Shown: positions 1 to 13,671 of the stretch, one piece after another
Numbering within the stretch: the first letter of the stretch is position 1
Layout of the letters: the number at the start of each line of letters is the position of its first letter
Assembly (NCBI GenBank): GCA_030141605.1
Contig: JAQGDQ010001310.1
Location: forward strand, 1-48,111
Source of the DNA: Tubiluchus corallicola
Lineage: Eukaryota > Animalia > Priapulida
Length of the DNA stretch: 48,111 nucleotides
Reading direction: 5' to 3'
Program-made: the position numbers and the translations under genes
The notes under the pieces: model-generated
What the model saw: the letters and a program-made list of their open reading frames with translations, nothing else
Told to the model about the DNA's origin: nothing
Database searches by the model: none

Positions 1-1544
1 TGTTTTTTTTTAATAAATTATATCACTACGAATAATATGAGGATTAAGAATCTTCATATTAGTTTACTACAATATTACAGCACACTAGACGGTTGTTAAG
101 GTGATAAGTCAGCAGAGGACTGTTGCTAGGTAAAGTAAATTATAGCTAATATAGTGGAGCTAAAACAGTGGAGTACCTGTATATTAGGAGCTGCATTAGC
201 AGGTAAAAGGATTTAGGATTACAATTAAGATTTGGACTCAACGCTTGTGCTTCACATCTGTGTACTTTTCTCAACAAGACTTCATAAGATTGAGAATCTT
301 CATATTAGTTTACTACAATATTACAGCACGCTAGTCTGATATTGTGCTACAAGTCTTATTTTTATTCACCCATCCATTCACTACCCAGCTTTGGTAACTG
401 TTAAATAAGCTTATCCCTGTATGTTGCTACTTCCTGCAAAACTGTCAGTACTTTCACTATTAACCGTTAAATAAGCTTATCCCTGTATGTTGCTACTTCC
501 TGCAAAACTGTCAGTACTTTCACTGTTAACCGTTAAACAAGCTTATCCCTGTATGTTGCTACTTCCTGCAAAACTGTCAGTACTTTCACTGTTAACCGTT
601 AAATAAGCTTATCCCTGTATGTTGCTACTTCCTGCAAACTGTCAGTACTTTCACTGTTAACCGTTAAATAAGCTTATCCCTGTATGTTGCTACTTCCTGC
701 AAAACTGTCAGTACTTTCACCGTTATCCGTTAAATAGCTTATTTAATGGTTAACAGTGAAAGCACTGAGAGTTTTACAGGAGTAGTAATATACAGGGATA
801 AGCTTATTTAACGGATAACGGTGAAAGTACTGACAGTTTTGCAGGAAGTAGCAACATACAGGGATAAGCTTAGTTAACGGTTAACAGTGAAAGTACTGAC
901 AGTTTTGCAGGAAGTAGCAACATACAGGGATAAGCTTATTTAACGGTTAACAGTGAAAGTACTGACAGTTTTGCAGGAAGTAGCAACATACAGGGATAAG
1001 CTTGTTTAACGGTTAACAGTGAAAGTACTGACAGTTTTGCAGGAAGTAGCAACATACAGGGATAAGCTTATTTAACGGTTAATAGTGAAAGTACTGACAG
1101 TTTTGCAGGAAGTAGCAACATACAGGGATAAGCTTATTTAACAGTTACCAAAGCTGGGTAGTGAATGGATGGGTGAATAAAAATAAGACTTGTAGCACAA
1201 TATCAGACTAGCGCGCTGTAATATTGTAGTAAACTAATATGAAGATTCTTAATCATAAGAAGTCTTGTTGAGAAAAGTACACAGATGTGAAGCACAAGCG
1301 TTGAGTCCAAATCCTAATTGTAATCCTAAATCCTTTTGCCTGCTAATGCAGCTCCTAATATGCGATTAACAGGTATTCGATTTAGCTCCAATATTTTAGC
1401 TATAATTTACTTTACCTAGCAACAGTCCTCTGCTGACTTGTCACCTTAACAACCGTCTAGTGTGCTGTAATATTGTAGTAAACTAATATGAAGATTCTTA
1501 ATCCTCATATTATTCGTAGTGATATAATTTATTAAAAAAAAACA
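1..1544. repeat. ~1.5 kb foldback palindrome with internal 66-bp tandem array (Foldback-like element or inverted duplication)
   Basis: 1-737 is the reverse complement of ~738-1544 (tgtttttttttaataaattatatcactacg ... cgtagtgatataatttattaaaaaaaaaca). A 66-bp unit occurs ~5x in the left arm (401-730) and ~6x inverted in the right arm. The arms differ at several positions. It may extend left of the window. Confidence 0.93.
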
Positions 1545-1551
1545 GGTTATA

Positions 1552-1782
1552 ATGTTTTCTCAAATTTTTATGACAAATATATTCCTGAAAATACAAAAAC
1601 GTCGTAGACTCGTTCTCATCATGGACAATGCTCCCAGAAATTGCTGGCTGCTATGGCGCGTAATTGAAAGACATTTTAGCAATGATGGATTCGTCAGAAG
1701 TGTCACCCTCAAGACCAAGGATGTACTTCTACGAAGACCCATCCACAAGCTCTGCCTGATAGAAAGTGTATATGATAATTAG
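1552..1782 (+). pseudogene. BEL/Pao LTR-retrotransposon pol C-terminus (DUF5641-like region downstream of integrase), truncated
   Basis: LVLIMDNAPRNCWLLWRVIERHFSNDGFVRSVTLKTKDVLLRRPIHKLCLIE fits the BEL/Pao pattern LVLxxD..PR..W.LGRV......DG.VR.V..KT....L.RPI.KL. A PPT and an LTR follow it. Confidence 0.85.
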
Positions 1783-1865
1783 TTTTGTTAGTAATTGACA
1801 CATTACTTAAAAGGTTAATTAAAGGAGATAATGTTAATGCTAAAAGGGAGCATTTAAGGGGGCGG

Positions 1866-2301
1866 TGTGCTGATTTAAACTTGTGTTGCCCCCTCTTTTC
1901 TGTTATATACTGGTTTCCTTTTAAACAGGTTATGTGACCAGTCTTTTACCTGTACACTTACCTGTAGGTTAGAGTAACTCAGGCATTCACACACTGCAGT
2001 TACAGATTGTTTAGCGTCATTCATTGATTCGTTGTTATAATTTCATAATTACACTTATAGAAGATCACCATGTAAGTTGATTTATTAATTTCTTAAATCT
2101 TGAACTTTTGTTTATTAAAAAGACTAGAGATTAGATTTTATAATTTGCGTAAAACTTTGTTAAAGTCAATTAGATCAATTTGGTTTAGATTTCACCGTAA
2201 AATTGAGCAGAATTATATAAAATTATCTTATTTGTTTTCAGATTAAACGATACAAGCTACAAAATTATGTTGTTGGAGTTTTTTTATAAGAAGGTAGCAC
2301 A
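1866..2301 (+). mobile_element. BEL/Pao 3' LTR (436 bp)
   Basis: The purine tract aagggggcgg directly precedes TGTGCT (1866). The LTR ends in the inverse AGCACA (2296-2301) and lies just 3' of the DUF5641-like ORF. Confidence 0.75.
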
Positions 2302-2872
2302 TACATATATAATAACAGTGCCATACTTGGGCAGCCCATGTACACCAATTGTCCTATTTTGGCTAGTGTCTTACTCCGCTCCCAACAAAGCTTTGTCATC
2401 GTCATCATAAGTATTTTTTTTGAAATTATTCTTTTATGAGTATTTTTCAAAAAAAAACTGCAATCAATATATTTCAGACTACGACATAAACAATTTCTTT
2501 TACTTCCCAATGTTTGGCAATAATGTCTTCAGTTCATAATTTTTTCAAACTAAGTAACTAATTAATAAATTATTAATAAATTAATTAATAAATAATAAAC
2601 TAAATAATCATGTAGTCTTTTTTTGTACGAAGCCTCTATTTTATTATGCTCACAGATGATCATCGTATAAACGGTAACCCTACACAACCCCGTATATCGC
2701 CGTGACATGGTACACAATGCCGCAGTGTATATATATACTGTGATGTGGAACACCTGCTGCCATCAGGGCCTATTTCAAGGGGGAGGGGAATGGGGATACT
2801 TCCCCAGGGCCTCACCCTCCAGGGGGGCCTCACGCCAAGGTAACTTTTTTTTGCTTTATGCGAATATACTGC

Positions 2873-3167
<295 letters not shown>

Positions 3168-4419
3168 CCGCACGCGCGCCGTTTGCCAGTATTGACAAGT
3201 ATTAAGGACTGGTCTTGAGAATAAAGCAGTTTTTCTTTCAATTGTTCTTTCCTTTAACAACTGTATAACTCCATATTTTCTCTTCAAAAATGCTTCTCCG
3301 GCGTTCTAGCAGTTCAAAAATTTCTCTGGGGGGGGGGGGGGTGAGTGGGGTAAAACAACAAATAGTGGTATGGATTGACCTGTTAGATGAAAGTACTACC
3401 CATGTATTAGTGAATTAGTCATACCATCAAATTTTAATGTGAAAATGTCGTGGGTAAGCCACCTCGTAATCTTGGGGAGTAGACCTAGATAAGTTTGAGC
3501 AGTGAGTTGAAGAAGTCATGATCCCTCAACAAGATCCCTCAACAAGATCCCTCAACAAATTTTGCAAATGTCTCACAAGCTTATCCATCTGAATACTGAT
3601 CATTGTAATGTTTCTAAGCGGCCATTTTGTCCTTCAAGAAAGTTTTTTTACAACATAATAGATTCGCTATTCAACAATCTTTTAATGCAATAATTTTTTG
3701 TACCGTGAGATGGTTTTGTGTCTATGTTAAGATACGTGTGTATATTAGCTCTATGCTATGTTTATTTTAGATAAGATTCTACTTGTAAAAGTGTGCTTTA
3801 GTTTTTTTTTAGATAGGTGTATTTTGCTGTAGCTAATATCATTTTTTACTTTACTAGTTGTGTTTTTATTCACTCCTACTGCCCCGTAAATGAATATAAA
3901 AAAGCTTTAGCATGAAGAGAGTCAACGTCAAGCTCTGAACAGAATAAGACCTCCAAGAATGACAAATCAGGTGCCAATAACCATTTTGTTCAATTCAACT
4001 GAGGTTTATTTGTCTTGTGCAATTGAAAAATTTGATGATTTATGCTAATACGATTGATATTATAATATTAATCATATATTATAATATTATACTTAATATG
4101 ATAAGTTTTTAAAAAATCGTTTTACGTCTTTTGCTTTTAACAAACTTTATATCAGCTTTACACTGTAGCAACGGCACGGATTCTGTGCATTACTTTAGTT
4201 GCTTCAGTTATTTATTATTAATAGAGTTCTACTATTCCAGGTTTTTTTATAAAAATTGCTGTTGATTTAAATGTTAAAAATCCAAGACGAAGTGAATTTC
4301 TCTTTGATTTAAAAACGTTCATTTATAAGAATGTCAGTTTAAATAATCTCAGTCAATGATTTCAATTATAAATGCTATGGAATTATCCAAAAACTGCATC
4401 ATGCCTGCTGAAATATAAA

Positions 4420-4668
4420 TGTAGCAGACGTAGCTTTTTTGTTAATCTTACTTACATATTCGTGCACGAGGCGCCATCTGTGGCGGGAATGTAAAGCTTT
4501 TGGTTTTTCTGTTTGTTAGCTGCTAGTCACCTGTCTGTTTTACACACCTGTGCTCTGAACAGTCAGGTTAATCCACTTTATGGGATGTGTGGGACATTTA
4601 TGTACTTATTATGTTACAATAAAGCATTCTTTGATATTAACCTCTGTTGACAGTGTTTTTTGACTACA
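4420..4668 (+). mobile_element. Solo LTR (249 bp) with 5-bp TSD
   Basis: Termini TGTAG...CTACA, flanked on both sides by ATAAA (4415-4419 and 4669-4673). Internal AATAAA at ~4618. Confidence 0.7.
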
Positions 4669-5399
4669 ATAAAGTACTAATAAAATGATGTTCATTAAGT
4701 AACAGCATGCATGTAGTACGATATGCTTAACTCTTATATCAAAATTTGATTTTTTGCATTAAAGTTTTGCCAGTTTGCTAAATATCCAACAATAATTTAA
4801 ATAATAATTAAATTTAAATTTAACATTTTGATATAGTGAGCAATAGTGAGCTTGTACCTTGACTGAATTAAATGCAATTTCAGCGTTTATGATGGAGGAT
4901 TAATTATATACAAATAATATTTGGCACTTTCAAGTATAATTATTAAAGTTAATAATTGTCATTTCTGTCTGTTTATTGTTTTGTTTTCCCGTTGTATAAT
5001 TTTGTGTGTCATTATATTCATGTATGTATTGTAAATATGTAACTAATTGTATTTGTAAATATACGACAACAATGGCGGCAGCGGAGGTAGGACTACTGGT
5101 AGTTGTTCGTACAGTGGAAGAGGTTATACTGCAAAACACAAAAGAACAACATTGAAGATCAAAACACTACTTGAATAAACGTGCATTGTTGCTAGTTGAG
5201 GGTCTCAGGTCGAGGGTACTATGTTCATACTCACTCACAATTGGATATTTAAAACTGGATTAATTTACTGTCAAAGAAAGATTGAAACCAAACCTGTTTG
5301 AAATGCCACAAACCTGGCTTTAGTTAACAAACATTCATTCACAATCGAATATCTAGTGCTTAAATAAAGTATAAAAGCGTAGAAGGATTGAATCTGTAG

Positions 5400-5720
5400 A
5401 GAGTTTAAAGTATATTAGACTGAAGGTAGCTAGACTATTGTAGACTGTCTCAATCTGGTGGTTAAAATAAAGAATATGAAATTGTGTTGAACTGCAAAAG
5501 ACCATTCAACAGCAATGCTCAAGAAAAAAAGACCCATGCAGAGCTACCCAAGTCACATGCACCCACTGAGCTTACCTGATTGGCTGGTGAAATTCACTGG
5601 CAATCTACATTCCCATATATGGGAAGCCCAGCAGGTACAGGTGACTGAGCAGCACTGGCCAAGGCCACAGCCTGGATTAAACTTCGACTCCAGTTCCATA
5701 ATAATTTTAAATGTAGGTGG
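5400..5720 (+). pseudogene. Highly degenerate RTE-like LINE reverse-transcriptase C-terminal remnant
   Basis: A frame with stops reads GEIHWQSTFPYMGSPAGTGD*AALAKATAWIKLR, resembling the RTE F.YLGS......R..KA..A...L motif. Confidence 0.3.
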
Positions 5721-6242
5721 CAGCACACATTATTGTAGTAGTTTAAATTAAGAATCGCAAATGAAATGCGCGGCAAGTGCACCCTGGGACAGCTAACCCG
5801 TGTCGTTTTACCAGCTTGTGCGAACATTTTAAATTATTAATAATATAATATATTAATTCATATTTTTGTAAGAACAAAAAAGGGAGCAAACAACTAAGCA
5901 AAAGTAAAATTAAAACAAGAAACATAAGCAAGTAATCAAGCAAATGAGCAAGCAAGCAAACATTAAAAACAGATAGTTAAGCAAGTAAACAAGCGAATGA
6001 ACAAACTAGCAACCCAGTAAGCAAAAAAAAACTAAATAAAGAAAATAAGCAAACGAAACAGCAAAAAGTCAGTGAGCAAAGAATTAAACAAACGAGAAAG
6101 CAAGCGTGAAAACAGCAAACAAAACGTACCACCTCCACCCATTTTCACAACAAGCAATACCAAGTCATTGTTTACTTTTTTATTATCAAATGTTTTAGCC
6201 GTAAACGTGTAATAATCGCTCGTTTTTTAATATGGATCTTAT

Positions 6243-7257
6243 GAAAAGCTGACCCAGCAACTGCTTGTGGTGTGTTATTAAATGCGTTGTTAAAATGTTG
6301 TTGAAAGCTGACTCAGTAACTGCTTGTGGTGTGTTATTAAATGCGTTGTTAAAATGTCGTTGAAAAGCTGACTCAGCAACTGCTTGTGGTGTCTTAATAA
6401 ATGCGTTGTTAAAATGTTGTTGAAAAGCTGACCCAGCAACTGCTTGTGGTGTGTTATTAAATGCGTTGTTAAAATGTTGTTGAAAAGCTGACTCAGTAAC
6501 TGCTTGTGGTGTGTTATTAAATGCGTTGTTAAAATGTTGTTGAAAGCTGACCCAGTAACTGCTTGTGGTGTGTTATTAAATGCGTTGTTAAAATGTCGTT
6601 GAAAAGCTGACTCAGCAACTGCTTGTGGTGTGTTAATAAATGCGTTGTTAAAATGTTGTTGAAAAGCTGACTCAGCAACTGCTTGTGGTGTGTTATTAAA
6701 TGCGTTGTTAAAATGTTGTTGAAAGCTGACCCAGCAACTGCTTGTGGTGTGTTAATAAATGCGTTGTTAAAATGTTGTTGAAAAGCTGACTCAGCAACTG
6801 CTTGTGGTGTGTCATTAAATGCGTTGTTAAAATGTTGTTGAAAAGCTGACTCAGCAACTGCTTGTGGTGTGTCATTAAATACGTTGTTAAAATGTTGTTG
6901 AAAAGCTGACCCAGCAACTGCTTGTGGTGTGTTATTAAATACGTTGTTAAAATGTCGTTGAAAAGCTGACCCAGCAACTGCTTGTGGTGTGTTATTAAAT
7001 GCGTTGTTAAAATGTTGTTGAAAAGCTGACCCAGCAACTGCTTGTGGTGTGTTATTAAATGCGTTGTTAAAATGTTGTTGAAAAGCTGACTCAGTAACTG
7101 CTTGTGGTGTGTTATTAAATGCGTTGTTAAAATGTTGTTGAAAAGCTGACCCAGCAACTGCTTGTGGTGTGTTATTAAATGCGTTGTTAAAATGTTGTTG
7201 AAAGCTGACTCAGTAACTGCTTGTGGTGTGTTATTAAATGCGTTGTTAAAATGTTGT
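6243..7257. repeat. 59-60 bp minisatellite, ~17 copies
   Basis: Unit gaaaagctgacycagyaactgcttgtggtgtgttattaaatgcgttgttaaaatgttgtt. Confidence 0.97.
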
Positions 7258-7489
7258 GTGTTCTCGTTAATACAACGTTTTTCCTGCAATTATACATTTA
7301 GTTTAAACATCATTTATGGGAGCACACAAGCAGAATAAAAGTATCTGATTTGTTTAAATAAAAAATTGTTTATTTACAATACACAACGAAAAATATCCAA
7401 GCAATAAGCAATTATGGTGTGGGGGGCGGGGAATCGTGACCCTACAAGGGTTAAGCAAACATACTAACATTACATGAGTAAACATAAAA

Positions 7490-8372
7490 ACACTCCAATT
7501 TACATTTCAAGAACAAGTCAAATCATTTCATCAAACTATTTACAATGGAGAAAAAAGTAAAAAAACTCCAATTTACATTTCAAGAACAAGTCAAATCATT
7601 TCATCAAACTATTTACAATGGAGAAAAAAGTAAACTCCAATTTACATTTCAAGAACAAGTCAAATCATTTCATCAAACTATTTACAATGGAGAAAAAAGT
7701 AAAAAACTCCAATTTACATTTCAAGAACAAGTCAAATCATTTCATCAAACTATTTACAATGGAGAAAAAAGTAAAAAACTCCAATTTACATTTCAAGAAC
7801 AAGTCAAATCATTTCATCAAACTATTTGCAATGGAGAAAGAAGTAAAAAACTCCAATTTACATTTCAAGAACAAGTCAAATCATTTCATCAAACTATTTA
7901 CAATGGAGAAAAAAGTAAAAAAACTCCAATTTACATTTCAAGAACAAGTCAAATCATTTCATCAAACTATTTACAATGGAGAAAAAAGTAGAAAAACTCC
8001 AATTTACATTTCAAGAACAAGTCAAATCATTTCATCAAACTATTTACAATGGAGAAAAAAGTAAACTCCAATTTACATTTCAAGAACAAGTCAAATCATT
8101 TCAAACTATTTGCAATGGAGAAAGAAGTAAAAAACTCCAATTTACATTTCAAGAACAAGTCAAATCATTTCATCAAACTATTTACAATGGAGAAAAAAGT
8201 AAAAAAACTCCAATTTACATTTCAAGAACAAGTCAAATCATTTCATCAAACTATTTACAATGGAGAAAAAAGTAGAAAAACTCCAATTTACATTTCAAGA
8301 ACAAGTCAAATCATTTCATCAAACTATTTACAATGGAGAAAAAAGTAAAAAAACTCCAATTTGTATCATTTC
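7490..8372. repeat. ~70-73 bp minisatellite, ~12 copies
   Basis: Unit actccaatttacatttcaagaacaagtcaaatcatttcatcaaactatttacaatggagaaaaaagtaaaaa. Confidence 0.97.
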
Positions 8373-8984
8373 ATCAAACAATATTCAAAAAACTTCTGTA
8401 TTTACATATTTACAAGGCTCGGTAACTGGACCCATGGAGGACTCCGTATTTTTGTTATGATTACTATTATGTTCATTAAAATATATGTAGAAAAAATGTT
8501 CAAAACGTTCCAAATCTGTTCAACTGAACATTTCTTTGATGTTCAAAAATGCTCATTCTGACATTGCGAACAAGTTCAAGATTCAACTTCTCCTGTTATG
8601 AGCAAAAATATTCATTTTAATGTCAGCAAAAAGCTAAAACTGATTCAACGCAGTTTCTCTTTGGAGGTTATAAGCAAAAATATTTATTTCAATGTTGGCA
8701 CGTTAAAAGCCAGTGCAAAGCCAGTGCAAGACAGCTTTGTACTGTGAGAATGTGCCAAGTCAAAAGCCAGTGCAAGATGACCCAAACTTCTCTCGGAAGC
8801 TTGGAGAATTACGTTTCAATTTGAACGTTAATTGCTATTTGCAATTCAGAGCTTCAGCATCATCAGCGGATACATTACAGTTTCTCGGATTTTTTAATAT
8901 AAAATATAAAAGTGCTTACATATTTAGCATATTTAAAGTTGATATTCAACACAAATTTTCTGCAATGCATTGTATTCTAAAGTA

Positions 8985-9820
8985 ATATATTCTATTAATT
9001 GACACATATCCCATAAGCTGCAATATTCTATTAACTGCAATATATCGTAGCAACTGCAGTATATTCTATTAATGGTAACATACACTATATGCTGCAATAT
9101 TCTGTTAACTGCAATATATCGTAGCAACTGCAGTATATTCTATTAATGGTAACACGTCCTATAAGCTGCAATATTGTGTTGCAATATTCTATTAACTGCA
9201 ATATATCGTAGCAACAGCAGTATATTCTATTAATGGTAACATACACTATACGCTGCAATATTCTGTTAACTGCAATATATCGTAGCGACTGTAGTATATT
9301 CTATTAATGGTAACACGTCCTATAAGCTGCAATATTCTGTTGCAATATTCTATTAACTGCAATATATCGTAGCAACAGCAGTATATTCTATTAATGGTAA
9401 CATACACTATATGCTGCAATATTCTGTTAACTGCAATATATCGTAGCAACTGCAGTATATTCTATTAATGGTAACACGTCCTATAAGCTGCAATATTCTG
9501 TTAACTGCAATGCATCACAGCAGCTGCAGTACATTCTATTAATGGTAACATATCCTATATGCTGCAATATTCTGTTAACTGCAATATATCGTAGCAACTG
9601 CAGTATATTCTATTAATTGTAACATACCTTATAAGCTGCAATATTTCTAGAAACAATATATCATACAAGCTGCACTATATTCTATTAATTGTTAACGTAT
9701 CCCCTATAAGACGATGTATTTTTAGAAACTGCAATATATCATGCAAACTGCAATATGTTCTATTAATTTTTACATATCCTTCAAGCTGCAGTATTTCTAA
9801 AAACTGCAGTATACTGTATA
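8985..9820. repeat. ~73 bp degenerate tandem array built from ctgcaata/ttctattaa subunits
   Basis: Repeats of gctgcaatattctgttaactgcaatatatcgtagcaactgcagtatattctattaatggtaac, with alternating variants that decay 3'. Confidence 0.9.
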
Positions 9821-10010
9821 AGCTACAGTATGTTAAGTCAGTTGCACTGTATCGTATACAAGTTGTGCATAAAAACTATTTATTAAGCTACAGTATGTTA
9901 AGTTAGTTGCACTGTATCGTATACAAGTTGTGCATAAAAACTATTTATTAAGCTACAGTATGTTAAGTTAGTTGTACTGTATCGTATACAAGTTGTGCAA
10001 AAAAACTAAC
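9819..10010. repeat. ~65 bp tandem repeat x3
   Basis: taagctacagtatgttaagttagttgcactgtatcgtatacaagttgtgcataaaaactattta. Confidence 0.92.
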
Positions 10011-10154
10011 TATTTATAAGATAGAGTGACCATGATGCTGATGATGCTGGATGTTTGTGAGGCGGCAGTTACCGAGCCGATGAGGAGGAATTTTCTGAAG
10101 AGCAGGGGGAGGGGGATTGAAAACAATAATCATTAATAATAATTTCTATTTCTG

Positions 10155-10370
10155 GTGCTTTAATTAAGAAGCGTAATTGTTCAAAGTACGCTCAAAACGT
10201 TGTAATGAATCGAAGCACAAATGTTGTTTTAGTTAAGAAGCGTAATTGCTTAAAGTACGCTCAAAACATTTTAAAAGATTTGAAGCACCAATGTTGAAGC
10301 ACCAATGTTGCTTTAATTAAGAAGCCTCATTGTTTAAAGTACGCTCAAAACGTTTTAATGATTCGAAGCG
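10155..10370. repeat. ~70-85 bp degenerate tandem repeat x3
   Basis: ttaagaagcgtaattg..aaagtacgctcaaaacgtt recurs three times. Confidence 0.8.
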
Positions 10371-10557
10371 TCAAAATTGTTCATAATAGAATTGATCCCC
10401 CTCCCATGCCGATAGTGACCAGGCGGTGGGAAGCTAATTTTTAATAACATGGCGACACATATTTCAGCCATATTTAATATTTCAGCCATATTTAATTGAT
10501 TGTACATTCAAACGTTATCTATACATGGACAGCCATGGTTACAATATTAGGCAACAT

Positions 10558-10757
10558 CTTTAAATTATGCAAGGTGGCAAACTTGATGCCTATAGTCAAA
10601 ATAACCGCTTGACTATATACAAGGTTTAAATTATGCAACGTGGCAAACTTGATGCCTATAGTCAAAATAACCGCTTGACTATATACAAGGTTTAAATTAT
10701 GCAACGTGGCAAACTTGATGCCTATAGTCAAAATAACAGCTTGACTATATACAAGGT
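10558..10757. repeat. 66 bp tandem repeat x3
   Basis: tttaaattatgcaacgtggcaaacttgatgcctatagtcaaaataaccgcttgactatatacaagg. Confidence 0.93.
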
Positions 10758-10948
10758 TGTGTGTCATAATAGCAATTATTTTCATAGAAGAAACATTCAG
10801 CCATTATTCCTCATATGCTGGAAAAGGATGGACAAATCTTTGTATGACAAAATGATAGAAATTACCATTACTGGTTCGTGAAAAAAATGTAGTGATAGAT
10901 TCCATATGAAATGAGATTGTAGTAGAGCGATAAAGATCACATTACAGA

Positions 10949-11996
10949 TTCATCGAGTAACATGATACATAGCCATGTCACAGTATAGTGATGGATGTTA
11001 TAGAACAGTGATGGAAACTACCATAATCAACGAGTCACATAAAATGTGATAGTAACGAAAAAACTGCCATCAAGGCATCAAATGAAGAGACATGATAAAG
11101 TGATGCGAGTCACTGTTAATGTCTTCATCGAGTAACATGATACATAGCCATGTCACAGTATAGTGATGGATGTTATAGAACAGTGATGGAAACTACCATC
11201 ATAAACGAGTCACATAAAATGATGTGATAGTAACGAAAAAACTGCCACCAAGGCATCAAATGAAGAGACATGATAACGTGATGCGAGTCACTGTTAATGT
11301 CTTCATCGAGTAACATGATACATAGCCATGTCACAGTATAGTGATGGATGTTATAGAACAGTGATGGAAACTACCATCATAAACGAGTCACATAAAATGA
11401 TGTGATAGTAACGAAAAAACTGCCACCAAGGCATCAAATGAAGAGACATGATAACGTGATGCGAGTCACTGTTAATGTCTTCATCGAGTAACATGATACA
11501 TAGCCATGTCACAGTATAGTGATGGATGTTATAGAACAGTGATGGAAACTACCATCATAAACGAGTCACATAAAATGTGATAGTAACGAAAAAACTGCCA
11601 TCAAGGCATCAAATGAAGAGACATGATAACGTGATGCGAGTCACTGTTAATGTCTTCATCGAGTAACATGATACATAGCCATGTCACAGTATAGTGATGG
11701 ATGTTATAGAACAGTGATGGAAACTACCATCATAAACGAGTCACATAAAATGATGTGATAGTAACGAAAAAACTGCCACCAAGGCATCAAATGAAGAGAC
11801 ATGATAACGTGATGCGAGTCACTGTTAATGTCTTCATCGAGTAACATGATACATAGCCATGTCACAGTATAGTGATGGATGTTATAGAACAGTGATGGAA
11901 AGTACCATCATCAACGAGTCGCATAAAATGATGTGATAGTAACGAAAAAAACTGCCATCAAAGCGACAAATGAAGAGACATGATAACGTGATGCGA
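10949..11996. repeat. 175-178 bp satellite, ~6 copies
   Basis: The unit starts ttcatcgagtaacatgatacatagccatg at ~10949, 11124, 11302, 11480, 11655 and 11833. Confidence 0.96.
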
Positions 11997-12489
11997 CAAA
12001 TGCCTTATAAGAGAGAAACGGAATATTTTAAAAAATTCTCTTGATGAAATTGAACAGAATCACTGATTATTAATCAGTACTAAAGCAGTAAACAAGTAAA
12101 ACTGATAACAGTGGTGGCAACTACTGCTAATATATCACATAAAGTGGCATGACACAGCACCGAAACTAGAATATTTCAAAAAATATTGAGCCATCAGGGA
12201 AATACTCCTGTCATGACATATGGAGAAATGCACGTTATTAAACATTGCACTGTTAAAACTGCTTGATAAAGTTGAACGTAACAGTCGGCATTGAAACTGT
12301 ACCAACAATAACGGTACAGAAAACAGCCGCTATTTAAAGATTACATGATCAAAATGCCCTTGTTGAAACTGAACATAATCATTGAAAAATACAGTACGAA
12401 AGAAGGTTCCTTAAAGATTGCACATTTAAAACTCGAGCAAAAAACTGAAAGTAATCATCAATGAAACTGTACCAACAATTACAGCATCG

Positions 12490-13430
12490 AAAAAACTCCA
12501 TTAAAGATGAACGATTGTGGACAAAATTGGAAGTTATCGGTATTGAACTCGCACCAACAATTATAGCACATATAAGAACTCCATTAAAGATTAAACGATT
12601 GAAATTGCAGTGGATAAAATTGGAAGTTATCGGCATTGAACTCGTACTAACAATTATAGCACATACAAAAACTCTATTAAAGATTGAACGATTGAAATTG
12701 CAGTGAATAAAATTGGAAGTTATCGGTATTGAACTCGTGCCAACAATTATAGCACATACAAAAACTCCATTAAAGATTAAACGATTGAAATTGCAGTGAA
12801 CAAAATTGGAAGTTATCGGCATTGAACTCGGAACAACAATTATAGCACATACAAAAACTCCATTAAAGACTGAACGATTGAAATTGCAGTGGACAAAATT
12901 GGAAGTTATCGGTATTGAACTCGTGCCAACAATTATAGCACATACAAAAACTTCATTAAAGATTGAACGATTGAAATTGCAGTGGACAAAATTGTAAGTT
13001 ATCGGTATTGAACTCGTACCAACAATTATAGCACATACAAAAACTCCATTAAAGATTGAACGACTGAAATTGCAGTGGATAAAATTGAAAGTTATCGGTA
13101 TTGAACTCGTACTAACAATTATAGCACATACAAAAACTCCATTAAAGATTGAACGATTGAAATTGCAGTGGATAAAATTGGAAGTTATCGGCATTGAACT
13201 CGGAACAACAATTATAGCACATACAAAAACTTCATTAAAGATTGAACGATTGAAATTGCAGTGGATAAAATTGGATCGGTGTTGAGTTATCGGTATTGAA
13301 CTCGTACTAACAATTATAGCACATACAAAAACTCCATTAAAGATTGAACGATTGAAATTGCAGTGGATAAAATTGAAAGTTATCGGTATTGAACTCGTAC
13401 CAACAATTATAGTACAGAAAAAAGCTTCAT
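12490..13430. repeat. 93 bp (31-codon) tandem array, ~10 copies
   Basis: Unit aaattggaagttatcggtattgaactcgtaccaacaattatagcacatacaaaaactccattaaagattgaacgattgaaattgcagtggata. It explains the 410-aa minus-strand ORF. Confidence 0.95.
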
Positions 13431-13671
13431 TAACGATTGTAGGATCAAAATTGAATTGATTAAATTGAAAATAATCAACACTGAAACCTGACAAGAAATT
13501 AACTTCAAATGGCTTTGCCAGATTTAGTCTGCTGCTTAAGAGACAGGAGTTTAAGATTAGGGATATTTTTGCATTCAACTGCAAGGTCATGTTGTTGTGG
13601 AGGGACTGCAACTAGACTCTTTATGAAAACTAATCATCTAAGAGTAGACATTGGACCAGGAAGGTGAACTG

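Noticed and set aside
12379-13611. 410-aa minus-strand ORF
   Set aside because: It results from a 93-bp stop-free repeat unit and has no recognisable domain, authentic start or splice context.
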